From Sphacelaria rigidula (Eukaryota), in contig CAXNAA020000023.1 in NCBI GenBank assembly GCA_964200075.2, positions 1-34,800 of the forward strand: 34,800 nt of DNA, given 5' to 3'. Within the stretch, counting starts at the first letter, position 1; each line of letters starts with the position of its first letter. Below are positions 24,435-33,260 of this stretch, piece after piece. A program made the position numbers and the translations under genes. The notes under the pieces were generated by a model. That model made no database searches and had not been told where the DNA came from. It was given only the letters and a program-made list of their open reading frames with translations.

Positions 24435-27400
24435 GCGGGGTGGTCGATGACAAATACACAGGTGGCTCGCGCGATCCGAGGCTTCTCCCACGCCCCAAGA
24501 GATGCCGCGCTGGTCGAAGGCGGAAGAAGAGGTTCTGTTCATGAAACACAAATTTATAGGGCCTCAGTGGGCCGAGATTGCCAAGCTTCTCCCCGGCAGG
24601 TGAATATATGACGCCCCCCACGGTGATCCTTTTCACGCTTTGTGATTTATTATTTGCGTAGATGTTGAGACAACGCCCACATACGGAAGCAGTGGGGTGT
24701 GGGCATGCCGGCCTGTCATCACAGAACAAGAGGAGGAGACAGAGTTACAGTAATACCACTATATTCGATGTGCGGAAACAACCGTGAGCGGTGGACTTGG
24801 TGATGAATGAAGCCTTGGGCAGCGAGGGTCATGCCGTGTGCGGTTAGAGACGCGCTCCATCAAGAAAACTCGAATGCACCCGCATCACCATCGACACGAC
24901 GGCTATTGTAAACGTGCCACGCTCGAAACGGGTTGTGTAGGTTCTGTCCGACCGAGCGCCCGCAGGGCATGAATGAGACTCCCGCACCCATACAACTGTC
25001 ATGCTCCAAAGTGTCCGCGAGGCTTTGATGCTGGGTTTTCGGAACAGAAGGCCTCGGGCGCTCAAGAAGTCTGCGAACGAAACGGAAATCAGTCAGAAGT
25101 ACTGAACATCCTGCTGGAATTCCTTGCTCCCTCTCCCCTCGCCCTTGCTCCACCTCCTTCGCCTGCATCTTGTCTCTGTGGACTGTCTTGCTGGTTTCTC
25201 TTCTTTCCTCTGTTGTCAACCGTCCCTCTCGTCGCAGAACGGCGACGGAGGTGAAGAAGTACTTCCATGTTCACGTCCAACGTGTGGAACACGTCAATGC
25301 CACACGGGAGGGAGACGACGACTCTGCACCGTCTCTCGGGGAACCGAAAAAGTAAGCGGACAGTATTTTGTGGCACTCGTGTGTGCACAAGTAAACAAGT
25401 ACCTGAATCTTCTGGATCGTCCACTCTATCGACTAACCGTTGTCGTCGTCCACCAGACACCTGCCAGGGCCAAGACGAAGTAGTACCTTGAGGAGTGTAT
25501 CTGTACTTACATGTATAACCTCGGTCCCCCCCTCCCTCCCTCGGATTAAAGCATATCTGCCTGGCCCAAAAGACGTGTCGAATAAATTGAAACTGCGATT
25601 TCGGGTGGGAGACCTGTACCTGCTAGAAGGAAAGAGATTTGTCGATAGTCGAAAGGAGGAGGAAGTGGATGCGTGAAATTGCCCCCGTGGCAAAGCAGCA
25701 GAGAATAGAACTCATAGAGTGGCAGAGTGTAAACTGTATAAGGAGGAACGGGACTTGCTAGAGGGGGAAATGCGGGACGTCAATGAAAGTGGCATGAAGT
25801 CGTTTGATGCATTAGACCGTGGGGAGAAAATTATGACTATTCTAGGAGATAGATCGTGGCCAAAGAAGGCGACACAAGACGGGAATGAAATATGTAGACG
25901 GTTTTTGTGTAGTCTATGAAAGCAACGTAATGAGTACCGAAATGTTGGAGGTGTCACTGTCAGGAGTAAGACCGGTGCTCCGTCTCGAAAGGGATGCGTG
26001 GTCAGTGGTAAAACGACCAAGGCAAGCAAGAAATGAGTTCGCCCCCCCCCCCCAGCATGGTAAGACACCTATGAGGCAGGGTGGAACCCGTGGCGATCTC
26101 GGGAAGTGGCGATGCCAGAAGATGAAGCAACTCATTCGAGGCTGTGATCAAAACGCAAGACGATCAGTACGCTTCGGGCCGAACAATCGTACCAGGACGT
26201 AGCTCACCCATCGTTCGACCCGCCAAATGCATCACGGCATTCGGCGCTTGGTGATTGATTGCAAGCCTGGTCTGGTGAAAACCCGACGTGCTCCGTCCCG
26301 GCTTTGTAGGCATGCGAGGTCAATGGTCTTATTTATGGCTATGGCTTGCATGATCATGAGTACAACTCCCTCCCCCAGCATGTCGTTTTTTTTTCATGGA
26401 TTGGCTAAGCTTTGATCTGCGTCTGGTTGTTGTCGCCGTCGGTGATGGTGATGATGATGATGGTGATGTTGTTGTCGTTAATGCTGCTGCTCACAGCCCC
26501 TTGCCCCCTGCGCTTTGTTGCTATCTTGTTTGGGTTCTGGGTTGGTCGAGCAGCACGTCGGCGGCTCTCGACTCGAGGGCAGTGTCGGAATCGCCGTCGG
26601 GGCGTACATCTGGAAGCAATGGGGAACAGAAGGAGACAGCTCAGGCTCTCCCAAGCCCCGGCGGTGATGGGTGCGTAGCAATACGGAGTGTGGTGGAATG
26701 AGCACAGTTGTCCTAGCCGTCACTTTCTATTCTCTCATCCTTGTGTGCGAAACTTTTTCTTGCTTCTTCGTGTCGGACTTGAAAAGGTCGTGATTGTGAG
26801 AGAGGGCCAACACGCTTTTGTCATGAGAACACTTTCTCTCTGAACGCGAGTTTTTCAAATATAAGACGTGGGATATCTCAATCAGGGCGGGCGGGGGGGC
26901 AACTCGGCTCTCGGTACAATTCTTGTCAGCGGTGTGTGCGTGTGTGTGGGGGGCGTGTGGGCGCGTGGGTGTGGGTGTGTCGTGTGTTTCATTTTTTTCG
27001 CGTGTTCGTGGGAGGAGACGCGTCCGAAACGATGGTAACCGTTTTTGCTGTTGTAATCTAGGTGGAAAATATATGTCTTTGCCCGGCACTTTTGCCCGGC
27101 TCATTCCGGTAAAATTGAGACATTGTTTGGCTAGCTGATGAATCCGTGCGTTCGCTTCGTTTCTTCTGGTTTCTGTTTTCTGATGCCGTCGGAAAACGGT
27201 TTGGTTTCACGTGACGCGAGTCCAAGCGGACATGCGCAGTGTCAGCCGATGCGTGGTGTGATAGTTTTGTAATGAAAAAAATAAAGAAAAAACAGTCGCA
27301 GAGGAAGTTCAGAGAGGAAAGTGGTGAATCAGTGCGTGTGTGAATGTGTGTGTGTGTGGGGGGAGGGGGTTGTTTGACGTTTCCGCGATACTTCGGTCAT

Positions 27401-30010
27401 CGAAAAATAAAAGCCTCGCAAGGCGACGGGTGTTTCCGGTGTTTACTCGTGCGTCTGGTTGATTTTCTTCGTTCGGTGTGGTCCGTCGGTCGGTCGGTCG
27501 GTCGGTCGGTCGGTGTGCTCGCTCGCTCGGTGCTTGCGGTGAAACGAAACCAAGAAATCCTTCCCCTCTGCCGAAATATGGATTAGGTGTGGTTGTGTAT
27601 GAATAATCGCTGGCGGCCAAGCTTACGCCGATCTTGACACCTCGCATAAGAAGGTACCGCGAATTCAACATGTGGTCATGTGATGCCGATTCCGGCGTGC
27701 GCGGGTGGAAGCGAAGAAAAGGGATCTTGTTCCACCACAGCAAACATCGCTGTTGAGTCGTCTCTCTTCCATCACACACAAACGCTACATGGCCTCGCCC
27801 TCCCCCCCTGCTACTACTCCAGGTTCGAAGCTCGCGTGCAGCACATGCAGGCGCAGCAGCACCCCTTCCCTTCCCCGCCGCTAGCGTCGCGGCGGCCGCA
27901 CGACCGATTGCCACCCGCCTCCACTGAGGCAGCCCTCAGTGTTGGCCATTCTCCACCACGCCAACACTTCAACCGACACGCCCCCGCGATGAACAGCGGA
28001 CCGCCCCCTGGGAGTAGGGGCGTTGTCGTTGGCTCGAGTAACAGTCGTACCGCCTCAAGCCTCAGTGATATGATCGCCTCCCGACCTCCCTCACGGTCTC
28101 CACCGCCGCCGCAATCGCATCGATCCACCATCGATCATCTCGATCCCGCCCCGCAGAACCCTCTTCCAGCCAGCGGGCGGCAACACTACCCCTCTCACCG
28201 AGGAATGCGCACCACTCTGAGCAACGCCGCGGCCGCCCAGGTGGGCCCGTACCCAGCACTGCCGCCGCGCGATGAGCCCAGCGTTAACATGCCCGCGCCT
28301 CGCACCTTACAGGGCGGCGGAGAGGAAGGAAGGAAGCAGGGACAACACTCGATGCCTCCGCCTCCGCCTCCGCTTCCGCAGGAGCAGCGGCAGATGCTAC
28401 CCAATCCGCCGTCGGGCTCCCGGGGGTGGGGCGCCGGCGCGCCAAGAGCTGTCGTTGCTCGCGGCGGCGGGGCCGGGAGTTACGTGTGGTCATGCTCGGT
28501 GGACGCTATGCCGAGACTCGCGGGCTTCGCCCGCAAAAGTGCCCCGGGGGATTGGGCGGTGGCGCGCGAGCAACAACAGGAACAGAGCCAGCATCGGCAG
28601 GAAAGTGCCGGAGGTTCCCTACAGGCAGGGCGCCCCGTAATGGGTGCCGATCGCGATAATGGGGGTCGGGTGGAGCATTACTGGTGGTACGGGGGGAGGA
28701 GCAGCGAGGTTAAACCGGGGAACGGCGGCGGCGACGGTAGTGGACGAGATCCTGCGGGGCGTCCTCACTTTATGCTGCCAGGTGCAGAAAGATCCATGGC
28801 TGGGGGGGGCGTAGGCGCGTATGATGACAAGAATGGGATACGGAAACACGGCGGGGAGGTGCGTGATACGTCACCCACACGCGGGGCGAATGTCGCCGCC
28901 TCCGCCGCTGGACGAAATGGCACCCCGTCGTCTTCTCTTCGCGGAGAGGGAGATGTACGCGACTATTCGTCGCGCGGGGTGGTGTCTTCGAGTGCAGGGG
29001 CAGGGGGCAAAGATATGGAGGTGGAGCCCCCTGCTTCCCCCTTTGGTGGTGGCTCGTACTTTTCGAGAGACAAGAGGGTCACCGCACCCCCAGATGTGTT
29101 GGGCACGCACAAAAAAATCGTGACGCCGTTTCGCGTGGGGGGCGGCGTCGGGGACTTCAGAGGCGCGGGACAGATGGGTCCACAAGCACATCATCAGCGC
29201 CCTCCGAGCAGGGCCGACGAGCATGGGCGCAGTAGTACGGGGCCGTCCTTGGGCGCCGGGACGGGGCGGCAGGCTCATGAAAGTACGCCCACCATCGACG
29301 GTAACGGCAACAGCCACATGAGCGAGACGTGGGCGACAAAGGCGAAGACGTCGACCGCAAACCGTGAAGCGTCGTCGTCTCCGTCAGCATCGCCTCCTCC
29401 CCCACCCGCTGGTCAATCATGGACCATCTCGACGGCAGACCGTGGCGGGGGCGGGTCCACTGCCACCGGTGGGACAGACCCACTTCCGGTGAGAAAGAGG
29501 CCGTCGCCCCCTAATTCCGGCTCGGCGTCCCCAACGTTCGGTGGCGTCACTGGCAGATCTTCGTCGTCGAGCCCGTCTCCATCATCCATCAACGTAGGTG
29601 GTGGCAGCGGTGTGGTGGGCGACAGCAGGGGCAATGGAATTGCCGGCGACAGTGTCGAGAAGCCGCCAGCCGGCACCAGCAGCGGCGGTGGTGGCGGCGG
29701 CATTGTCGCGCCGCCACGTGGTTCTCACCCAGCCGCCGCTGCGAGCAACGGCAAGCAAACTGCCGTCAACGATCGTCGCGGCGAAGGGGGAGGCCGCGGC
29801 ATTGACTGCGGCGAACACACGTCGTCGTCTCCTTCATTCGCTCCATCTGGCCACGGCCAAAACGTCGGTGAGAAGGGCGGTGCGAGCGCTACTGGTGATG
29901 GTGCGGGTGCCGTTGCAGCATCTGCTGCTGCTGCTGCTGCTGTCGCTGATGAGAGTGCGGCCGATGTCTCTGATGGTCCGCGCCGCGGCCGAGGCTTTGG
30001 GGGCATGTAG
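6228..30010 (+). CDS. Spliced multi-domain transcription factor, ~2183 aa, ~17 exons: Zn(II)2Cys6 cluster + SANT/Myb-like repeat + C4 zinc motif + tandem R2R3-type Myb repeats
   Basis: Model join(6228..6374,6604..6696,7339..7636,7945..9131,9474..9613,9989..10177,10445..10486,10579..10672,10971..11147,11323..11433,12575..13842,14246..14357,23521..23657,24462..24599,25238..25351,26554..26670,27823..30010). All introns are GT-AG with matching phases; total 6552 nt with no internal stop. Junctions rebuild domain motifs (RKS|CDPC, AKEQ|W, KAWTEE|EDRKL, CRSR|W, LPGR|TATEVKK). Exon 7 and the 3' end are less certain. Confidence 0.75.
6604..6696 (+). CDS. Exon 2: Zn(II)2Cys6 binuclear cluster (GAL4-type) DNA-binding domain
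   Basis: CAG acceptor after a pyrimidine tract, donor GTGAGG. CDPCSLAKRKCDGKPECSLCVKKGLRCIYGE = C-x2-C-x6-C-x5-C-x2-C-x6-C, matching the Zn2Cys6 consensus. Confidence 0.93.
7339..7636 (+). CDS. Exon 3 (RQKSGPKGRK...GGDAR), basic post-cluster linker and low-complexity region
   Basis: CGCAG acceptor, open GC-rich frame, KSGPK typical after Zn clusters, NLS-like PARKRTRP, donor GTATGC (phase 1). Confidence 0.8.
7945..9131 (+). CDS. Exon 4, Gly/Ser/Arg-rich low-complexity region
   Basis: Core of ORF 7923..9419; TAG acceptor in phase 1 fits exon 3; donor GTATGT at 9132, where composition turns intronic. Confidence 0.85.
9474..9613 (+). CDS. Exon 5: SANT/Myb-like repeat (PWSIEKIE...IWDRIAAAMMSSAAEAKE)
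   Basis: CAG acceptor, GTGAGT donor (phase 2); W-x22-W-x17-W pattern completed by the first Trp of exon 6. Not in the ORF track. Confidence 0.8.
9989..10177 (+). CDS. Exon 6 (QWAMYCDTMRREAW...)
   Basis: AACAG acceptor (phase 2), donor GTGCGC; inside ORF 9846..10196. Confidence 0.75.
10445..10486 (+). CDS. Exon 7, small symmetric exon (RPGHTTEGAPELPR)
   Basis: T-rich tract plus TAG acceptor, weak GTAGAA donor, phase 2-2, 42 nt; optional for the frame. Confidence 0.45.
10579..10672 (+). CDS. Exon 8 (PDGAAGGYVG...YRDAA)
   Basis: AACAG acceptor (phase 2), GTGAGT donor (phase 0), open frame. Confidence 0.7.
10971..11147 (+). CDS. Exon 9: C4 zinc-binding motif (QCAYCREYW...RWCCPPCE), half-PHD/zf-CW-like
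   Basis: TTCAG acceptor, GTGAAA donor, 177 nt, phase 0-0; C-x2-C-x21-C-x2-C with W-x-C-x2-C. This frame is absent from the ORF track. Confidence 0.7.
11323..11433 (+). CDS. Exon 10 (GHIAMATSDIP...TARRA)
   Basis: TTTTTTGCCAG acceptor, GTACGT donor, 111 nt, phase 0-0. Confidence 0.7.
12575..13842 (+). CDS. Exon 11, acidic/Ala/Gly-rich low-complexity region
   Basis: Strong polypyrimidine tract plus CAG; open frame continuous with ORF 12791..13846; donor GTAAGA (phase 2). Confidence 0.85.
14246..14357 (+). CDS. Exon 12, ending in the start of Myb repeat R2 (...TRKAWTEE)
   Basis: TTTTCAG acceptor (phase 2), GTACCG donor (phase 0); KAWTEE joins EDRKL of exon 13. Confidence 0.85.
14533..14542. 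other. Assembly gap (10 N) inside a C-rich low-complexity tract
   Basis: N run flanked by poly(C) tracts, within intron 12. Confidence 0.99.
16145..17195 (+). repeat. Diverged dispersed repeat, direct copy at ~20138-20820, with internal foldback 16911-17156
   Basis: Collinear shared blocks, e.g. GTAAT(C/T)CCTATACCGT and TGCACTAAATC(C/T)GGAT..GCGTCTCAGT. CTCAATTTTGCGAGTTAGACTT is inverted as AAGTCTAACTCGCGAAATTGAG. Confidence 0.7.
17228..17336. mobile_element. piggyBac-like mini element, same family
   Basis: TTAA-CCTATTGACCACG ... GCGGTCTACGGG-TTAA with core TGAATCGGCATCAGCTTCAC; the left TTAA is shared with a preceding right end GCGGTCAAAGGG. Confidence 0.65.
17548..17739. mobile_element. 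MITE, same GGCCGTGTC family, nested in a piggyBac-like mini
   Basis: GGCCGTGTCTAATCAAACTG... versus ...AATTGATGAGACACTGCC, ~60-bp imperfect TIRs; flanks CCA/TCA. Confidence 0.72.
18100..18550 (+). repeat. ~450-bp dispersed repeat with an inverted copy at ~21865-22320 and a weaker copy at ~2640-2975
   Basis: ATACCCCGTTCATCAGGAGG, TCTCACAAATA..ATCGGGAC.GGCTCGATCG.CCGAAAATA and TCGGTAGATTTTGG all recur as reverse complements in 21865-22320. Confidence 0.8.
19818..20026. repeat. Tandem minisatellite, 71-79 bp unit x ~2.8
   Basis: CAGCCATGTCTCACCGACAC...TTGGGCCGTGAT..GCA.GTCT.CTTTATCCC starts at 19818, 19889 and 19968. Confidence 0.9.
20027..20132. mobile_element. piggyBac-like non-autonomous mini element (98 bp) with TTAA TSD
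   Basis: TTAA-CCCTTGCACCGCGAGGTTAG ... CTAATCTCGCGGTCTAAGGG-TTAA (17/20 TIR match); shared core TGAATCGGCATCAATTTCA. Confidence 0.7.
20820..21072. repeat. Degenerate ~40-bp tandem repeat, ~6 units
   Basis: Recurring (ACT/CCT)RTCGGGTA..GTATG.AAGTCT.ACAGAA units. Confidence 0.7.
21590..21787 (-). repeat. Two adjacent decayed copies of the ~100-bp piggyBac-like family (further copies near 1975-2050 and 22565-22655)
   Basis: Reverse complement carries the TGA(A/G)TCGGCATCA core twice and the junction GGCGGATCAAAGGCTTGACCTATTGACC, matching 17215-17241. Confidence 0.55.
23521..23657 (+). CDS. Exon 13: Myb repeat R2 body (EDRKLEKAVE...DWAAVARKLSTDRTAGECRS)
   Basis: ACACAG acceptor, GTAGAC donor (phase 2); Myb helix pattern ED..L..AV...W..VA..L..RT..ECR.R. 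Confidence 0.9.
24386..24431. repeat. (CG)n-(TG)n alternating purine-pyrimidine microsatellite
   Basis: TGCGCGCGCGCGCGCGTACGTGTG...TG seen directly. Confidence 0.95.
24462..24599 (+). CDS. Exon 14: third Trp of R2 plus most of Myb R3 (RWSKAEEEVLFMKHKFIGPQWAEIAKLLPG)
   Basis: ACACAG acceptor, GTGAAT donor; WAEIAKLLPGR is the canonical c-Myb R3 signature. This frame is absent from the ORF track. Confidence 0.92.
25238..25351 (+). CDS. Exon 15: R3 recognition helix (RTATEVKKYF...)
   Basis: Polypyrimidine tract plus GCAG acceptor (phase 2); GTAAGC donor at 25352 (in-frame TAA at 25353-25355 if unspliced). Confidence 0.85.
25545..26053 (+). mobile_element. 5'-truncated, decayed non-LTR retrotransposon (LINE) ORF2 C-terminus ending in poly(C)
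   Basis: Single frame IKAYLPGP..KLKLRFRVGDL..*NCPRGKAAENRTHRVAEC..ILGDRSWP..GAPSRKGCVV..KK* with two premature stops. Contains a degenerate CCHC knuckle typical of LINE ORF2 ends; stop at 26034-26036, then GTTCG and C12. Resembles, from memory, a high-copy brown algal element. Confidence 0.8.
26554..26670 (+). CDS. Exon 16 (TSAALDSRAVSES...PGGD)
   Basis: GAGCAG tandem acceptor, GTGCGT donor, phase 2-2, GC-rich open frame bridging exons 15 and 17. Confidence 0.6.
27823..30010 (+). CDS. Exon 17, ~730-aa Pro/Gly/Ser-rich low-complexity C-terminal region
   Basis: Bulk of ORF 27680..30010; CTCCAG acceptor in phase 2 matches the upstream donors. Ends at TAG 30008-30010, or splices at 29976 to 31447. 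Confidence 0.75.
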
Positions 30011-30393
30011 AGTGCCTGCGTGGAGTGCATGTCGTTTGTGATTCACTGTTTGACAATGCAAGGTACAGGGCCGGCCGGACGGCGTGTGGCGAGTATGGCT
30101 TTCGTAGCTGTGGCTGGCATGTTGTTGTTACTGTTGTTGTTACTGTTGTCACTGTTGTTGTTGTGTTGTTGTCATCGCTGTTGTCATGTTGGATTTGTTG
30201 TCGTACGCATTGGTTTGTTTTGATATGTTGGGGTTGTACGGAGAAATGATGGCTGGCCTGGGTGGCCGATGTGCAAGGGTTGAGGTGATGTGGTGCAAGC
30301 AGCTTCGGGTCGTGCATCCGTGTTTGTGTTGCTTTTGCCGGAGTTCATCCCGTTTGATTCGAGCTAGGACTTCGAAATTGTTAGATTTTGGCG

Positions 30394-30394
<1 letters not shown>

Positions 30395-30427
<33 letters not shown>
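30395..30427. repeat. G33 homopolymer; nearby (GTT)n tract at ~30120-30185
   Basis: Seen directly. Confidence 0.95.
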
Positions 30428-30428
<1 letters not shown>

Positions 30429-31446
30429 ATTCCCCCACCGTGAGTGAGCACACACCGCCTTATGTTTTTTTTTTTATTTTTTGACAAAAAAACAGGTGGG
30501 GATACCAGCACGGCTAGTTCGTTGCATGTATGGTACTGTAAAGTAGTCTTGAACGTTTTATCTGCGTGTCAGTGTATAATTTAGGCAGCAGTCCACCTGA
30601 CGTGTGTCGCCCTCGAACGAACCCGTCTGGAAAGGAAGCGATGCTTTAAAGGAGTGCTAAGGCCACTACCCTTAGGTGTGGGAGTGGTGATCTCGGGAGC
30701 CACGGACTTGGCCGTGGGATGTGCCTAGACAGTTCGTTATTTTGTCGAGAGAAGTGGCTCGAGCACCGTGATAATTGCCGCCTTGAGTTGGAGTATGACT
30801 ATTACTTCGAGGACGGAATAGACCATGACCCGAGGGGACAGGCTAGTGTTCCAGAGGGAATGGTCCCGGAACTATGCCGGAGATATGAACATTCCTGGAA
30901 CGGAGCGGAGGGATCCATATATATTATCGGGAAACATGCCGAAGGGAACATGGTCCTGTGGCGGTTGTAGACACGTGGAAGACTTTTGGACTACCCTGGT
31001 ATTGACAGTGCAGTAGCTTTTTTGTCGTGGATGAGTCAAGGAGCGGAATATTTGATATGAGTAAAATAAGGCGTTTTCGAAAGCGTGGGGTCACCTTGAA
31101 ATTGATTGAGCGAGGGGGCAGGCGTCCCACAGTTTCAGTGTTCCCTGATTTGTATGTTGAAAAATTGGCCTTGATGGAGTTCCATACATGTGAAAGTGTG
31201 CACGACCACTTGTTGCGCAGCTATCCGCCCAAAATGTTTCCCAGAAATGTTTAGAAAATTGAGGGTAACCACTGGTTTTCTCCCCAGGCGTGACCAGTCG
31301 CCAATGTGCAAAAAATGGCGTCCTATTGGTGAGGAGGGGAGGCCGGAACTACTTATGCTATCACGAGCGTCGATTTCCCCGATTCTATCTCTGTTTGTGT
31401 CCTTTTCCCTTGTATGTAGATGTTTCTTTTAGTGTTGGACTGACAG

Positions 31447-31529
31447 GTGGTGCTCATGTGGACGGAGATAGTGGGGAGTGTTACTCGTCGAAGTCATGCG
31501 AAAAAATGGATTGCGAGGGGTTGGCGTGA
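31447..31529 (+). CDS. Candidate alternative terminal exon (GGAHVDGDSGECYSSKSCEKMDCEGLA*)
   Basis: Pyrimidine-rich tract plus GACAG acceptor; phase 1 matches a possible donor G|GTCCGC at 29976. Confidence 0.3.
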
Positions 31530-33194
31530 AATCGAGTAGACATGATGACAATTTTCCACGAAATGTCCATGTTTTGAGTTTGTGATGCGGGTTATATCGC
31601 AAAGCATGTGAGTTTGCCACTTTGATTGTGTGTCCTGTAGTACATGATCCAAAACGCGATGTGGCCGGCGTCAGCGATTGTGAAGTGGAACTATATTTGA
31701 TCTGTGGATCTTGAATTTGTGTTCTTGTTGTGGGTATCTCGAACATTCTTTGCGTAATGAGTTACCTGCCGAGTACCCACTTTTTTTGTGATGGTTCGCT
31801 GACCATTAGGGACCAACGTGCGTTAACATGATCGTTGTTGGGAGGCGTTTGGTTCGGTGGTTCTTCTCAGTCAGGTTGTATCCTTCAGGACTGATGGTTT
31901 GGTGTCCCCGCGATCTGATGATCGACGTTCGGGCTGCCACCCATCGTCTAAAAACCTTAATCATTCAATCATTTAAGCAAGTATACGTATTGTGTGTGTT
32001 CTGCCATCTGTCAGGCTTTGTTGATTTTGTTGGGTATGTGCGGGCTAGAAAATTGGGGGCGACGGTTTCGAGGAGTAGATGTGCAGTGGTTGATGAGGTT
32101 ATATAACACCACACCCCGTACGTACTCTTGATTTCTTTCCTTGTATTCTCCCCTCGCGTTGGTGTCGAAAACTGGGGAAGGAGGGAGACCCGGGGAACTG
32201 TGGTTCGACATGTCCAGCTTCACCGTACCCAAATGTAGAACATCGATAAATTAATGTTTCGGAATTTTTAGCATGACGGAATTCGCGTAGATGCTCATCC
32301 CCAGGCAGTAGCAGTAGTGAAGTCCTAGTGTTTTTATTTATTTTTCCTCCGCGTGTCGAGTACAGAAGAGCTACGGGCAAAAATAAATTATGTTATCGGT
32401 GTGTTGTAGTATGCTTTAATCCGGCGTTTGGGCGGGGTAGTGAGTCTCTTTCCCCCAAGAATCTATGTGTTGTCCTTGTATGTGTACCTTGCGTCTAGTG
32501 AGGACCGAAGAAGTGGCGTCGTCGAAATGTTCGGCTGCGGTAAGTATGTACAATAGCCTGTGCCGAGCGGGTTGTCTTGCACAAGTTGTCCAGTACTTTT
32601 TCTTATTTTCTTCGTTTTAGCCTACGGTCATCTTCGTGTACGTACGACTTGGCATGTGGGGTTTTGCATTGGGGGGAAGGGGGGGGGTCGCCGGGGCCAC
32701 GTAACGGGAAATGCCTTGTCGCCTGTGGTACGAAAAAGGGACTGCATCACGGCACAGTACGGTATGAGCAGTAGCGGTTCGCAGCACCATCGATCGATGA
32801 TACATGGAGTTTGCCTTCATACTCATGAATGTTGGTGCACTGTTGTATAGCACTCTTGCGCTGAAGACAAATAATACAGGTAGTTCTGGGGGGACAAAAT
32901 CTGACGTCTACTCGCCCTTGTGCACGCCGTTTTCAACGCGCAACTCCAGAGACTCAAGTTACGGGGGCTTGTCAACTGTGTGGTTCAGATGACATCCGGA
33001 CGAATGCTCAGTGCCTTCGCGCGTCTCCGACAGCGCGCGTACTTTCATGTCTCCAACATCAACAGCTGTACAGACATGCGGATATGGATGGTTTACATCC
33101 TACTCAATGCAAGCTACTACAGAGAGCGTATCGGGGCTCGTGGAGACGCATATCAAAACTGAAAACTATTGATTAATTAATTGATCGCTTCTCA

Positions 33195-33260
33195 GGCCGT
33201 GTCTTGTCGAATTGATTTCGTGTCAGACAACGTGCGGTCGAATCGAATTCGCCCGTTTTT
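33195..33260. repeat. Single TIR remnant of the GGCCGTGTC MITE family
   Basis: TCA-GGCCGTGTCTTGTCGAATTGATTTCGTGTC...GCGGTCGAATCGAATTCG resembles the TIRs of the two full copies. Confidence 0.6.

Noticed and set aside
30719-31254. Coding-like fragments containing GDMN (APE endonuclease-like)
   Set aside because: A single short motif with no other endonuclease or RT motifs in order.
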